Of a stretch of DNA of 64,000 nucleotides, positions 52,470-64,000 are shown one piece after another. A program made the position numbers and the translations under genes. How positions within the stretch are numbered: position 1 is the stretch's first letter; every line of letters starts with the position of its first letter. The notes beneath the pieces are model-generated. The model was not told where the DNA came from. It made no database searches and saw only the letters and a list, made by a program, of their open reading frames with translations. Source of the stretch: Tubulanus polymorphus (lineage: Eukaryota; Animalia; Nemertea); contig NC_134029.1 of assembly GCF_964204645.1 (NCBI RefSeq), forward strand, positions 4,464,001 to 4,528,000, in the 5' to 3' direction.

Positions 52470-55400
52470 GTAAGTTCGACAAAATAAGAATTTCATCGAA
52501 CAAGATACCGCTGGTCTAAAACATTCTGGGGATTTGACCTGCTTAAAATCGGATTCCTCACTCATACCAAGCGAGTCTGTTACTTTTCCCGGAAATATGC
52601 GAACGTCGAACCTGCTGGACTGTTCAACAGCTGATAAAAGAGTTAACAAAGTTCTAGTTCACATTTCTTAAGTCAAACCCAGACGAACTGGATAAAAAAT
52701 CGATATGTTAGCTCTATAACGTCTGAAAACCTCTCGCATCGCTGTAGGCTATAGATTTTAGTTACTCCCCTGTAGGCTGTTTATTTCGCGTATGCCGAAG
52801 AAAAATTCCAGCTGAATTTCTAAGCCGATTTTCATAACGAACTGAAATATAAGCCCATTGATGATACTGTATAACGCATATCTTTCTTATCATTATACTC
52901 TCTCGTTTAATGGTTTTAAACTAATGATGTCAAAGTCGAATGAAGTCAACCACCGGAATCTGTATTCGGTGCTCATCATTATTCAGATAGAATGATGTAA
53001 CCAGTAATTTGTTCTCTTACATAACGGGGCCACTTGAAACAAATTATGAACTGCTGTTTTATGGGTTAGGTTGAGTGGTGTGATCGGCGGATAATAGAGC
53101 TAAAAATTCATCAATTCAAACTATTCTTCATCGAATAGTTATTTCTCTTATCCCGCTGCTCTTGCTCAATACGAAATGATATTCATTTTTCATCATTCGA
53201 TCCCATTTCAAAGTCATTTCCAATCGCGATTTGCGACGAGGTTTGCAGTTATGGTAGAGTTACTGGGTTAAGCATGTGATTCATATTGAAATATCACCAG
53301 TTTGGTTGACCTCGTCCTTATTCTAGTTTGCTTCGTCGCATGCATACTCGACAGTCAGTCGGTGATGCAATGAGAATCTTGCATACTTTTTGACATTCGA
53401 TTAACACAGTATCCACGCAGTTGCATCTACAATGATTGACTGAATTTAGGCGCTAATGCAAATGATTTGATATACTGTATGTGATCGTGTGGTCAAGCAC
53501 TTACGAGCTCTTAATGCAAGTAGTGCGGTATCGTGATCTTTGCCATCTACTCAGCGCCGTCGCAAAACACGGTTTGTCGTTTTCCATCGTTCCGTTAATA
53601 AGTTTCCACTTTGTTCGTAGTCTTCTCTCGGCCAAAAAATCGATACAGGAAAGTCCGGATCGATGATGTATCCGTGGCCGTTATCGGCGCTTCTCGGCAA
53701 TCAAATCAGCGATTCTCGGCGTGAGCGGATCAACAATTCAATATAAGATGCTATACCAACATGGCAGCCCCGCGACGATGAGGTTATATCATATTTGGCT
53801 GGCTTCGTGTTTGATGAGTTCGTAAAAACTGCAAAAGGTCAATCCCATCTAGTGCTCTTGTGTGCGTCCTTTGAAGCTTGAACTTGTTTGCAGATCTTTC
53901 CAAATAATACGTATAAACATATGTAGGTTCTGGTCGAATCGAAGTGGAAAAAGCAACTTTCGATTTCGGTGACACAAAACAAGTTCAATATCAAACGAAA
54001 ATGCATTCAATAAAGAATTAGTATAGATACGAGATGAATATAATGAGTCAATATCAAATATATATATATATACATATATACTTCAATTCATATGAATTAT
54101 TCAAGTTATAATTCTCGATGCTGCACTCTTTGCCTTGTATTGCGGCCGTCGTGCTTTAATTAACAAAATCTAACAGACATCTAGATGAGAATTTCGAATA
54201 GATTGTTCCATCGATAACGTACTTACCCACCCGCATTTATTATGAAAGCTATTTTCGACCCCCAAAGCCGTCGTAGATGTTCATATTTTATATGTATGGC
54301 TTGTAATAGTACGAATGGTTGGTCAAAGTTCTAAACGTTCCCTTCAACCTCAAAATAGTCACCTGTTTATCAGGGAGGAGATTTTAAAGACGTCGCAGGC
54401 GTGGATTTGAAGGTCAATGCAAATTCGAATGTTAACATAGAAAATGAAAGTTTTCTGCTACTCAGGAAATTAAGCATCTATAGTTATTCCATGCACATAT
54501 GCGTGCAAGGAGCTGGTCCAATATCACACCGATTTAACAGGAACCGATCCCAACCGCTCCATTCGGTAAATATTGTGCGCCTATAATGAACATACTTACG
54601 TTGGCTGAAAGCCAATATTCAGCGTTAGCATCGGTAATGGTAAACCAAAAAATTATCTATCGGCGCAAAGAATTTAACAGAAAACGGTATAGGAAGGACG
54701 TTATTGTACTTGCAAACTGATATCAGGTTCATCCCTAAGCATTTCTTCGGCAAGTCGATTCAAATCCCCGCAGAGTGACATCGCTATATGAACATCGATC
54801 TCGCGGATTCCGGTTTTTATCCGTAACGATTTATAAGCAAAATAAATACACTTTACGACACCGCGGTGGTTGTTCGGTGGTTATTCGGTGGCCGCCGAGC
54901 CATCGTCGTTGTCGCGCAAAACCCGATACTAAAAGAATTAGCACAATTTTACCAAACGTTCGTGACATTCCGAAATGTAATTATGAAACAGAATGCGCCC
55001 AAACGCGTGCGAAATATACCCAGAGAATTCGCCGCGCATGCGCGTGATTTGTTAAAACATGTGGCATTCCCGTCTGAAAACGACTTCGAGAAATTGTTCA
55101 GGTATCAAGTACAGCTGTTATCGACCACGGATCTGGAACATTAACGAGTTGGTTCCGGTTGTATTTTGGCATAATTAGATATTTTTAACGATCCGCGGGC
55201 AATAATCGACGTTAATGAAAATGATATAGTTTTATCGTATTCATCGATGGCGCATTAACGCACGTGGAGAAAGTAACGACAAATCTGACAAGCGGGTCCT
55301 TTTTATTAGTAATAATTAGTACTGAATGAACCTATAGATTTCTATTTATGCGTCGTTCCTTCGAAATCTAATCGTGAGTTAATCTGGCTGTAGCTAACGT

Positions 55401-57823
55401 AGCGTTCTCTCAATGCGATATAAAGTCATATATTGTGTGCACTGGGAATGAATTGATTAACTCTGTCCCGCGATGCTGTAAATTTAGACCGTGATAAAAC
55501 GGTAAAACTAAAAGGAAATCGTTCTTTTTGACGAATCGTAACAGCCCGATCCATATCGTTTAAGTTATCAATAAAAATCTCATTTATCGCGCAGTGCGTA
55601 TATGTAGGCTTGCGTGTGGAAACACCTTCAGTGATTTCGCCTCGGGTGTAATTAAAATACAATCGATATCAAAACTTTTTAAATTAGTATCTATAGTAAC
55701 TGAGTTGAAATTATAAGCTGTGATCCAAAAAATGTATAATATAAGTGCTGTAGGGCAAGAATTTCTCCGAGATGCGTGTATATCCGAAAAAAACCATGGC
55801 TGGCATTAGACCTGCTGAAACAAGTTTCAGTCCTTAAAGCGAAATAGAAAACGGTAACGGTTTGAATGTGTCGTGGACTGTAGTTTGTACACGTTACATT
55901 TTGTTCCCGTGTTCTCATTAATTGTTACTCGATGCACCTGAGACCAACACTATATTCCCTCGTCAGGTACGACTTACTTTTTAAAAGCACACACCGGGTC
56001 TGTACGCTGTTATTTCGTAATTCAATTCCGCGACTGCTAGGATAAAAATATGACGCGGGACGATCGAGGTACGATTGAATCTCAAAATATGAATCAATGC
56101 TGAATTTTAAGCCATTCAGGACAAAAATATTTAACCTTACAGGATTCGAAATCAGATATTTTTGATTCCGTTGCGCCATGTGGTCCTAAATGATGAAAAT
56201 AAGAAGTTGTTTCATGCTCTTAACATTTCTTTGCCATACTCAACATATGGCAGCCATTTTCAAATTAAGCCGAAAAGAATCGAACACGGTGACCGATTCG
56301 CAATACGTTCATCTTGCTTGATGCGCGTGACGGCATTTCGTTCACGAAGGGATCACCTTAACGGATTTAATAATTCTCGTTGAATTTGTCAGCTCATCAA
56401 TTATTCTGTTTGCTGTAAAAAGAATCCCACATTCATTCGCGATCGAGGTCAACCAATCGCCCTCTGGTGTTCGTAACGCCAACTGAAATATCAATAAAGC
56501 TGTTGTGAAGATCAATACGATTTTAGCTGCTGACCTTTTAAATGTTTATCTCGAACAGAAAAAATAACTTTGCAAAATGACGCCTACGGTTACCGCAAAT
56601 CGAAGAATTTGTCGCGTTTGAATAATCAATATTGAAGGGAGTTGCCAGCGACAAGTGGTTTCTCAATGAGTTTATGAAACTTTCAACATCTAAAGTGGTC
56701 GATGTGAATTAAGGAGTTGCCGGTGTGTTATTTTTTTAAAGAGTTCCATTAGACCGGGAAGTTGCATTCGTCGTCAAAGGTTTGATCCACAACGAATATT
56801 TTTCTTCAATAAAGTTAAATTTATCGACTTAAACTGTAATGATCACTTAGAAGGCGTGGTTGCGACGATCGGATGAAGAAAGTGGTGACGAAATGTCTAA
56901 AAGCGTCTAGCAATGGGCGTTCGACGAATTTGCCCTACGCGGAGACCAGATTAGATGTCGATCCGATCGGATATATAGATCTAAGCGTGTAGCACACCCG
57001 GGTCAACCTATCAGACGGCTTCGAAGAGGTTGCCGAGCTGCTGGCTTTTTTGTGCGTGAAAATAACAACTGCGATGTTGCCTCATCACATTCCTATCGCG
57101 TCGTCTGGCCCGGAATTAATTATCAGAGATAGGCAATGTATTGATTGGAATGGTGTATACTAATACATATATTTCCAATTATTGGCGCACGGATATGTGA
57201 GCGGACACCGTTAGTTTATCCACATCTTTCGCTATCTCTCTTTTTATCCCTTTCGCGGCTTCTTTAATACCAAAGACGTTTCGTGACGTTCGAATTACTC
57301 TCCAGAAAGTCGGGATTGCGCTGATATTTCGTACTTTATATATCGACCGCCCTCTCTCTTCTCGAGAGGCTGGTTTGTATAAGAGGTGTATGTGCTAACG
57401 TAGGGAATCTTCTTATAAGCTTATCGCCATTCGATGACTAAAAACCACTCTACTGCGCGTTGAAAAAAATCTCAAACCCGGCGATCCAATACATTACTGT
57501 CTCCAGTAAAAAAAGATCTGATCCCACATTTTATCAATTTTGAGTTACATTTCGCACCTCACAAATCCCGATGGTCCTGGTTATGTAACCCATTAGTAAA
57601 GGCTCATAAATTGTGTACTTTTTGTTGCTAGTGATGTGATGATGACATTAGTTATTTTTCTCAATCTAAAGAAAAATGATGTCATTATATGAGTCAGTCA
57701 GTGGAGTTCACTGACCTGATTTCACGGTGCCGATGGCCAGAGACATCTGCAAACGAATAATGACGTCACGGAATTCCGAGCATATTATGATCTTATCGTG
57801 CGGTATTGACTTCTTTTTTCCAG

Positions 57824-58037
57824 GTGATTTGGCAGAGGCGGAAGAACAACGAGGATCGGTCGCTTACCGTAAACGGAAGAAGAATCACAGATGACACGAG
57901 AATGAGCGTCGATAGACCGTTTAAAAAAGAATGGAATCTAAGTATACGAAACGTGCGCATGTCAGATGAAGGCGTTTACCTGTGTTCAGTGAATACTGAT
58001 CCGGTAACCAGTAAAATGATCAAACTCACTGTTAACT
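57824..58037 (+). CDS. Lachesin/IgLON-like, Ig1 C-half
   Basis: VIW...LTVNGRRITDDTRMSV...EWNLSIRNVRMSDEGVYLCSVNTDP, with canonical splice sites. Confidence 0.93.
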
Positions 58038-61000
58038 GTAAGTATCTTCATTGGATAAAATGAAAGGCCTAAAACGAAATTGAAAATTCTTTGTTTGATC
58101 CAATTCTCCTTTGCCTATAATCACCCCCAGACCTAGTTCCACAGTTTTGTGATAGAGCTTGAAATCACTTCATTTTCTATGAGTTTACTCTAAGTGAAAT
58201 CTAAACTCACAACTCTGCAACTCCCGGTTCCGTTGACAGATCTTCAGAAATTGCAACTGTAAACCAGGCACACAGTGCAGCACACATCCTAGAGGTCATA
58301 CCTATGGATGGTCTATATCGGTGTTACACACTGCTTGCGCTATGGTGTGAAGTATCTCATACGTCACGTGTACCGGAAATGCACACTGCGTCACTGGAGG
58401 CATCGAGAACTGTTGGCCGCGTGCCGCATCAGTTTTTGCGACCACAAAGCTTCCGCCATTTTGATATAGATTTATTGCCTCCATTACGCAATATCGTTCT
58501 TCCAACATTAGTCGTACATTAAATACGTCGGTTATGTTCACCGAGGGCATTTTGTCTATTTGCCGGGAATTTCTATTCGCGATCGTTTATTTCCTGTTGT
58601 ATTTACTCGAGTGATTCTCTGACCGCTGCGCTGGTTAGAGAGATGGTTTGTTTCGGTGGCTTGTCGCGGCGGCGATGACCACGACGCTGAGTCTTTGATA
58701 GATAGTATCATTACACCGCAAAACGCCGCGTCCATCAATTCATCCGTATACGGTATCGTAAAAATGAAAAGAACGACTCGTGGTGTTCATCTGGGACACG
58801 ACGGACAATGTCATAGATGATTCCAACCCTGGATTGCGGCCTATCCTCTGATCTTCACAGAGCGGATTGCGATGTATGCACGCAGCGCCGACGTGGTGGT
58901 GCGTACAAGTTCTCCGGAGAGCAATAGATGACGGCAACGCAAAATGAAGTTATCGGAAATAGTACAAACACCGCCTAAACCCGGAAAACTCCACCTTCAT
59001 TAACCAAACACATTCGTAACGCTATACTGATACTCAACACAAACATCATTGGTTACTTAGGCGAACTTGACTTCCACAACACCGATTTCAGAAAGTCTAG
59101 ACCGTTCGGTGATGATGTACGTTCTGTGATGAGAGGCTATACTTATTGGCGGTTACACCTTATAACCGACCATTATGATACAACCAGGTAGTTTTCTAAG
59201 TCCCATTCATGCTTTGAATCTATTTTTGGTAAGTCATCAGTTCGAATGACGGTCAAGCAAGCAATATGACGTAATAAGCACTGAGGCGATGTAATAGGCT
59301 CACAATCAGCTTACCTTAAGCTGGTTTCAGCTGTCGAAACCGGGCTTTATTTCATCAGATTGATTATGATATGATACCCGAATTAGCCTTTTTGAGTTAT
59401 TTTCCAAACCAAATGCAGTCTTCCTCTAAGTTTGAACTGCGGGAGGGGCACAGAACCAGGATTCGGTAGAAGGTGATTTACATCAGGAATCAAAAGTAAT
59501 TACATTTTTTTTGGTATCGACGTTAAGTACAATTTTATTTATAGGTTGATATCCTCGCCCGAGATATAAAAGTCTAAATCTTTTATTGCCGTTTCCGGGG
59601 GCGTTGTTATATAATCGAAGAATGTCACCATGCGGTTTACTGCATCGCTGCTGATAAAATACATTTATTTAATCGCTATTTTGTGCACTCGGCACATACA
59701 TGTAAAAACGGCTAGTGACACGGTAAACGTTTTTATAACCGAATTATTCTAGACCTGTCCGCCATCTTGGGAGCAGTAACCGGGCCATTAATGGCGATAA
59801 TATCATCCGACGTAAAATTAAACCTCTCCGAGGGTTTTCCACGGTGAGTCAATGATGGCATTCCGGGCATACTAGTCTCAGTCGTTTTACGTACTATATA
59901 TCGCTTGCAAATAAATATAAAACTATTTCCGCAAAGCAATTCGTATTAACGGGCAATGGGGCCATTAGCCCGCAAGTCATTATGCGACTGTCAAGTGTCG
60001 CCATCTATGTAACACATTGAACGCTCGCATAGCTAGCGGCTGAATCGGATATCACCAAACAAGAATACCTTTTAGAATTTCAACTAGCAAATTGAGGTTG
60101 CTGTGGATTTTCTTTGTTTTTCGCAAATTTTCGGTACACCGTATCTCAAAGTGTCCCTCCCTCGCATAACTCGCAATGGACGCTGTAAGATACATTCCCC
60201 ATAATATACGTAATCAACTTGAGAGACTACATTGACGAGCAGACTTATTTATGAAGTATCGTCCCTTGAAACTTAATCAAAATGCATTTTGTTCGCCATT
60301 CATGCGTCCGTCCCATCCCTAGTTAGACGGACGACAAGAACACGTGTTTATTCAATGACGTATACAGTTGATGGATGTCTTCGAATTAAACTTCTGCTTG
60401 TGTGCACACTATCTGCGGCGCGTAGCGACACGAACACAAACCGCATATATGATCAAACACACCAGTCGCATCGGTCCGCGTTTTATATCTCAAGTCAGCC
60501 GAGGAATAGTAAACAGTCATATAAAAATCGCTCATTCACTTGTCGAATAACGAATGACTGGCAATGAGAGTAACGCGCGAAAAACCACCAGAAAATTTCA
60601 TATGGATGGCGAAATACTCCAAATAAACGACGTTCAGGTTATTAACGAGAATATTGCTAGCCGAGTTTTTTGAAAATGAATCGCGTATGAATTTGATCAG
60701 AAAGCTCATGGCTCGCCGTCGTTTGTTCGCCGCCGTTCCGAGGTTATTCGCTTATCGGATCACATGAAACGTTATATTTTCGACGCGGTGAATGCTTCGT
60801 TCCGCCGAGAGTTCACGCGTACACCTCAAACCTCAGTAATGGCGTCTAATGGTGCTTCATTGATTTTCATTCGTATTCGCCCCGTTTTGCGTATGGCTGA
60901 TTAAACGACGGAATGAAAAAATGGTCGGGAAATTAAAACGGAGACTCTGAGTGCGCTGTGTTAATAGCGTTGAATCGAAGATAAACGTGGCATTCTGAAG

Positions 61001-61379
61001 AGTTAAATAGAAGAAAGCTGTCCCTCTATTCGCGAATGCTCTTATCTGGTTCTTTTCCTGCATAAAACTACCGACCACGAGATCTTTCAAGTTGTCTGTT
61101 TGATTTCGTTGATTTCTTTTGATTTCATTCAATTCTTTGTGACGAACCCTTGATGGTATTTTCTGTCATTTTAGCCAGTGCGACTGGGTCTTTCAGCATT
61201 TTTGCATAATTCTTGCATATTCGGTTAAAGATGTCTACTTGATGTTGCACCAGGCAAGCCACGTCACTCACTGGACGCGTGAACCGCTTAACGCGTTCGC
61301 TCGGTGTCTTTCTCTGTGATAATATGTATCAAACTTGCCTCATACGGAGACAATAAAATCTCATTCATTTCTATTTCAG

Positions 61380-61529
61380 ACGCTCCGCGTTTGCAGGGCA
61401 CAGTGTCCCAAGTTATCGTTAGCGAAGGCAATACGTTACGGTTGATATGTAACGCGACTGGTAGCCCTACCCCGAGAGTCACCTGGTATCGGATCAGTGA
61501 TACGAATTTCGGCCATGATGAAAAAATAA
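61380..61529 (+). CDS. Lachesin/IgLON-like, Ig2 N-half
   Basis: YAPR...VSEGNTLRLICNATGSPTPRVTWYR; TTTCAG acceptor and A|GTCAGT donor. Confidence 0.9.
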
Positions 61530-62035
61530 GTCAGTATATTCAATAATGTATTGTATAGACCAATTGATAAAAGGTGTCCCATAAATCCTTTATGATGTCA
61601 TCACATTTCTATCGTGGTGTCTTATATTTCCATACAGCTAATCACTAGTGGGCAATTTGATGATGTCATGAAGGGAATTAGGAAACAGACATCTTTTATA
61701 GAAAGGTCTACTTAACTGAGAGTTTGGCGATCTATTACGAATCAATGCTGCATAAGCCACTGACACTAAAATCGCCGCCATTGAGCAAAGACTGCATGCA
61801 ATAGATGCATTTTCGTGGTTTTCCTTCACCCTCGGGGATAATAAGCCGTTGTGTTACGCGGTATTTTACTGTTTGATGAGGTTGTAAAACAAATTGATGA
61901 AATTGTTTTCGCACTATGTGTACAGCATCGCTAATGCTCATAAATTGTCCGTTTTGTGTATAGTAATTTGCGCTACTGCCCGAGACTCGAAATTCTATAT
62001 ATAATATATTTTGTATATTCACGTTCGATTTGCAG

Positions 62036-62164
62036 AATATACGGCTGAGGGCGAAGTACTGGTGATTCACAACGCCACTAGGTACTGTCAGGACATATAC
62101 GAATGCGTGGCCGACAATGGCGTCGGACCACAAGCAAGCCATCAAACTAAAGTCATAGTTCATT
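62036..62164 (+). CDS. Lachesin/IgLON-like, Ig2 C-half
   Basis: KYTAEGEVLVIHNATRYCQDIYECVADNGVGPQASHQTKVIVH; TTGCAG and T|GTAAGT. Confidence 0.92.
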
Positions 62165-62330
62165 GTAAGTCGATGTACTATTCAAAATAGAAAATCGCGG
62201 TGAAGAAATTTAATCAGAGGCGTAGTGTAGACCGTCTTAGCAGTGGCTGAATAATTGAAAATGCACATCCTTCACTTCGGCTAATTTTGATATCAAACAA
62301 TACAAACTGTATCATTTTACCTCTTTACAG

Positions 62331-62621
62331 ATGCACCGCGCGTTCACTTGCCTAATAAATGGATAAGCCAATCTGTTGGTAAAATGACAATACTTGAATG
62401 CGAAATATCGGCGAATCCGTTGGCGGGAAGTTACTGGCTGAAAGAAGTCGAGGAAATCGGTTCATCCAAAAAGAAATACGATGTTCAGATGTACGACACC
62501 GGCGACAGCGAGAAAGTATTATCGTTAACTATTCACAGCGTGCAGAAAGAAGATTTCGGTGAATACACGTGCGTATCGGAGAACACACTAGGACACGACG
62601 CCAAGTCTATGATACTTGAAG
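62331..62621 (+). CDS. Lachesin/IgLON-like, Ig3
   Basis: YAPRV...GKMTILECEISANP...YW...LSLTIHSVQKEDFGEYTCVSENTLG; G|GTAAGC donor. Confidence 0.93.
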
Positions 62622-63233
62622 GTAAGCAAAACACAGGGTTTATCGTCACCGATAAGAGCGAATTAGTCCCCGGGAGCTAAGCAGGGTTTATACGTCAAGG
62701 GCAGTAAGTCTTTAACTGAGCTGTCGTATATGCTTTCGAATCCGCGTGCTCTTTATCCGAAAGAAAAATAATCCGTGTAAGCAACCAATGTCCACAGGTT
62801 GTTTTGTTGTTTTAGACATACTGCGCTGTTCTTTGAGACATACTGCGCTGTTTTTATAGCCTATTACAAATGGTGTTTTTAATAGAAATTTCTGATATAT
62901 AATAACTCTATTCTGTCGCCCATTAAAATCGTGGATGATGTTCACCATTCTGTACTGGTGCTTACGAGTTTCAGTATGAAGTTATCTTCATCTATATCTG
63001 CCGAAAGAAAGGGCACAAACATTGACGTTAAAATGTCTTATGTCACCCTTGAAATTGTGATAAAGAAAGTATAAGTTTCATATTTCATGAATTGAACTTG
63101 TAGTGTTTTAGTAAGGGACAATGCATCGTAAGGAGGTTTGAACGTTTGTCGAATTTTGAAATTTGAGTCAGATATCGACAAACATTAACGTTTTCAAAAT
63201 CGGAAATGCAGATTTCTCTTTTTATTTGTGTAG

Positions 63234-63404
63234 AATACGTTGACCCGGCTTTACTGAAGACGACAACTACAACGACGACTACGACAACAGAAGCTATCGA
63301 GGCGAATATGATTCCTGATGGCCACAGTAGAAAACTGATCACATCGAAACCGCAGGCGGATAGCCCACCCGGTAAATCACCGCAGGACCCTGATTATAAT
63401 AGAA
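63234..63404 (+). CDS. Lachesin/IgLON-like, Thr-rich stalk exon
   Basis: GTGTAG|AA, EYVDPALLKTTTTTTTTTTEAIE...DPDYNR A|GTAAGT, phase 1-1. Confidence 0.8.
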
Positions 63405-63912
63405 GTAAGTACGAAACGGTATCGAAGGAGATCAATTAATCGACTTGATAGCGTCCTCGGGATTAAGTCAAAAGGTTACAGTTAGGGCTAACGGCAAATA
63501 TAGTATAACCTCTTCAACTGAAATATTAGTCAATCTAACCCTAGGGGTTGGTATTTGATAAAACAATTCATAAAAAACTGGTTCCACCCATAGTTTCAGT
63601 TAAAATTTTGACTTAAGGGTTAATACGCTTTTAACCTTTGATTCTAACTAAAACAAGAACTTGTTAACCGGGTCCTGCGGGTCAATCAATGAGTTCACCT
63701 GTTGTAACGTTTGAACTAGATAATAACGATTTTCAAATTCAACCGTGAGATAGAATACGATTTTCTATCACAATAAAAATCTTTGTATTTTAAATGTCGA
63801 TCACTGTCGCTTACAGCAGAACTAAATAACTCAAAACTTGAGATGTTATTTATATCATGTACGTGTATGAGAAAATAGAAAAAAATCTATATTTGTCTCG
63901 TCTCTTTTCTAG

Positions 63913-64000
63913 TATCTGTCGAATCGAGAGTGGTGAAATCGTCTGCCGCAAGCATTCACATCGGAATCGCTGTAAAGTATTGTCAGATCGGGTTCCAAAT
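63913..64000 (+). CDS. Lachesin/IgLON-like, probable last exon (possible GPI-anchor signal), truncated by the window end
   Basis: TCTCTTTTCTAG acceptor; open frame ISVESRVVKSSAASIHIGIAVKYCQIGFQ with a small-residue omega-like SSAAS. Confidence 0.6.

Overview
AT-rich, intron-containing animal (invertebrate, probably lophotrochozoan) genomic DNA, not prokaryotic. Four genes can be assembled by hand from splice sites. (1) On the minus strand, the 5' part of Apaf-1 (CARD + NB-ARC; coding exons 3453-3316, 1761-966, 349-111, continuing off the left edge). (2) Immediately upstream and on the same strand, a 7-exon gene of about 707 aa. It appears to fuse an N-terminal aerolysin/ETX-MTX2 (LIN-24-like) beta-pore-forming domain, through a disordered linker, to three tandem death-effector-domain (DED)-like modules, each on its own phase-1 exon. 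This is the most interesting element of the window. (3) A divergently transcribed 344-aa single-coding-exon gene of unknown function. (4) A plus-strand three-Ig-domain lachesin/IgLON/DIP-like cell-surface gene (52.4-64 kb) whose signal-peptide exon may lie 36 kb upstream at 16.2 kb. Also present are a 1.97-kb non-autonomous TIR transposon with a 6-bp TSD (IS3EU-like), several Harbinger-like MITEs and two microsatellites. Domain calls rest on motif recognition by eye; no searches were run.
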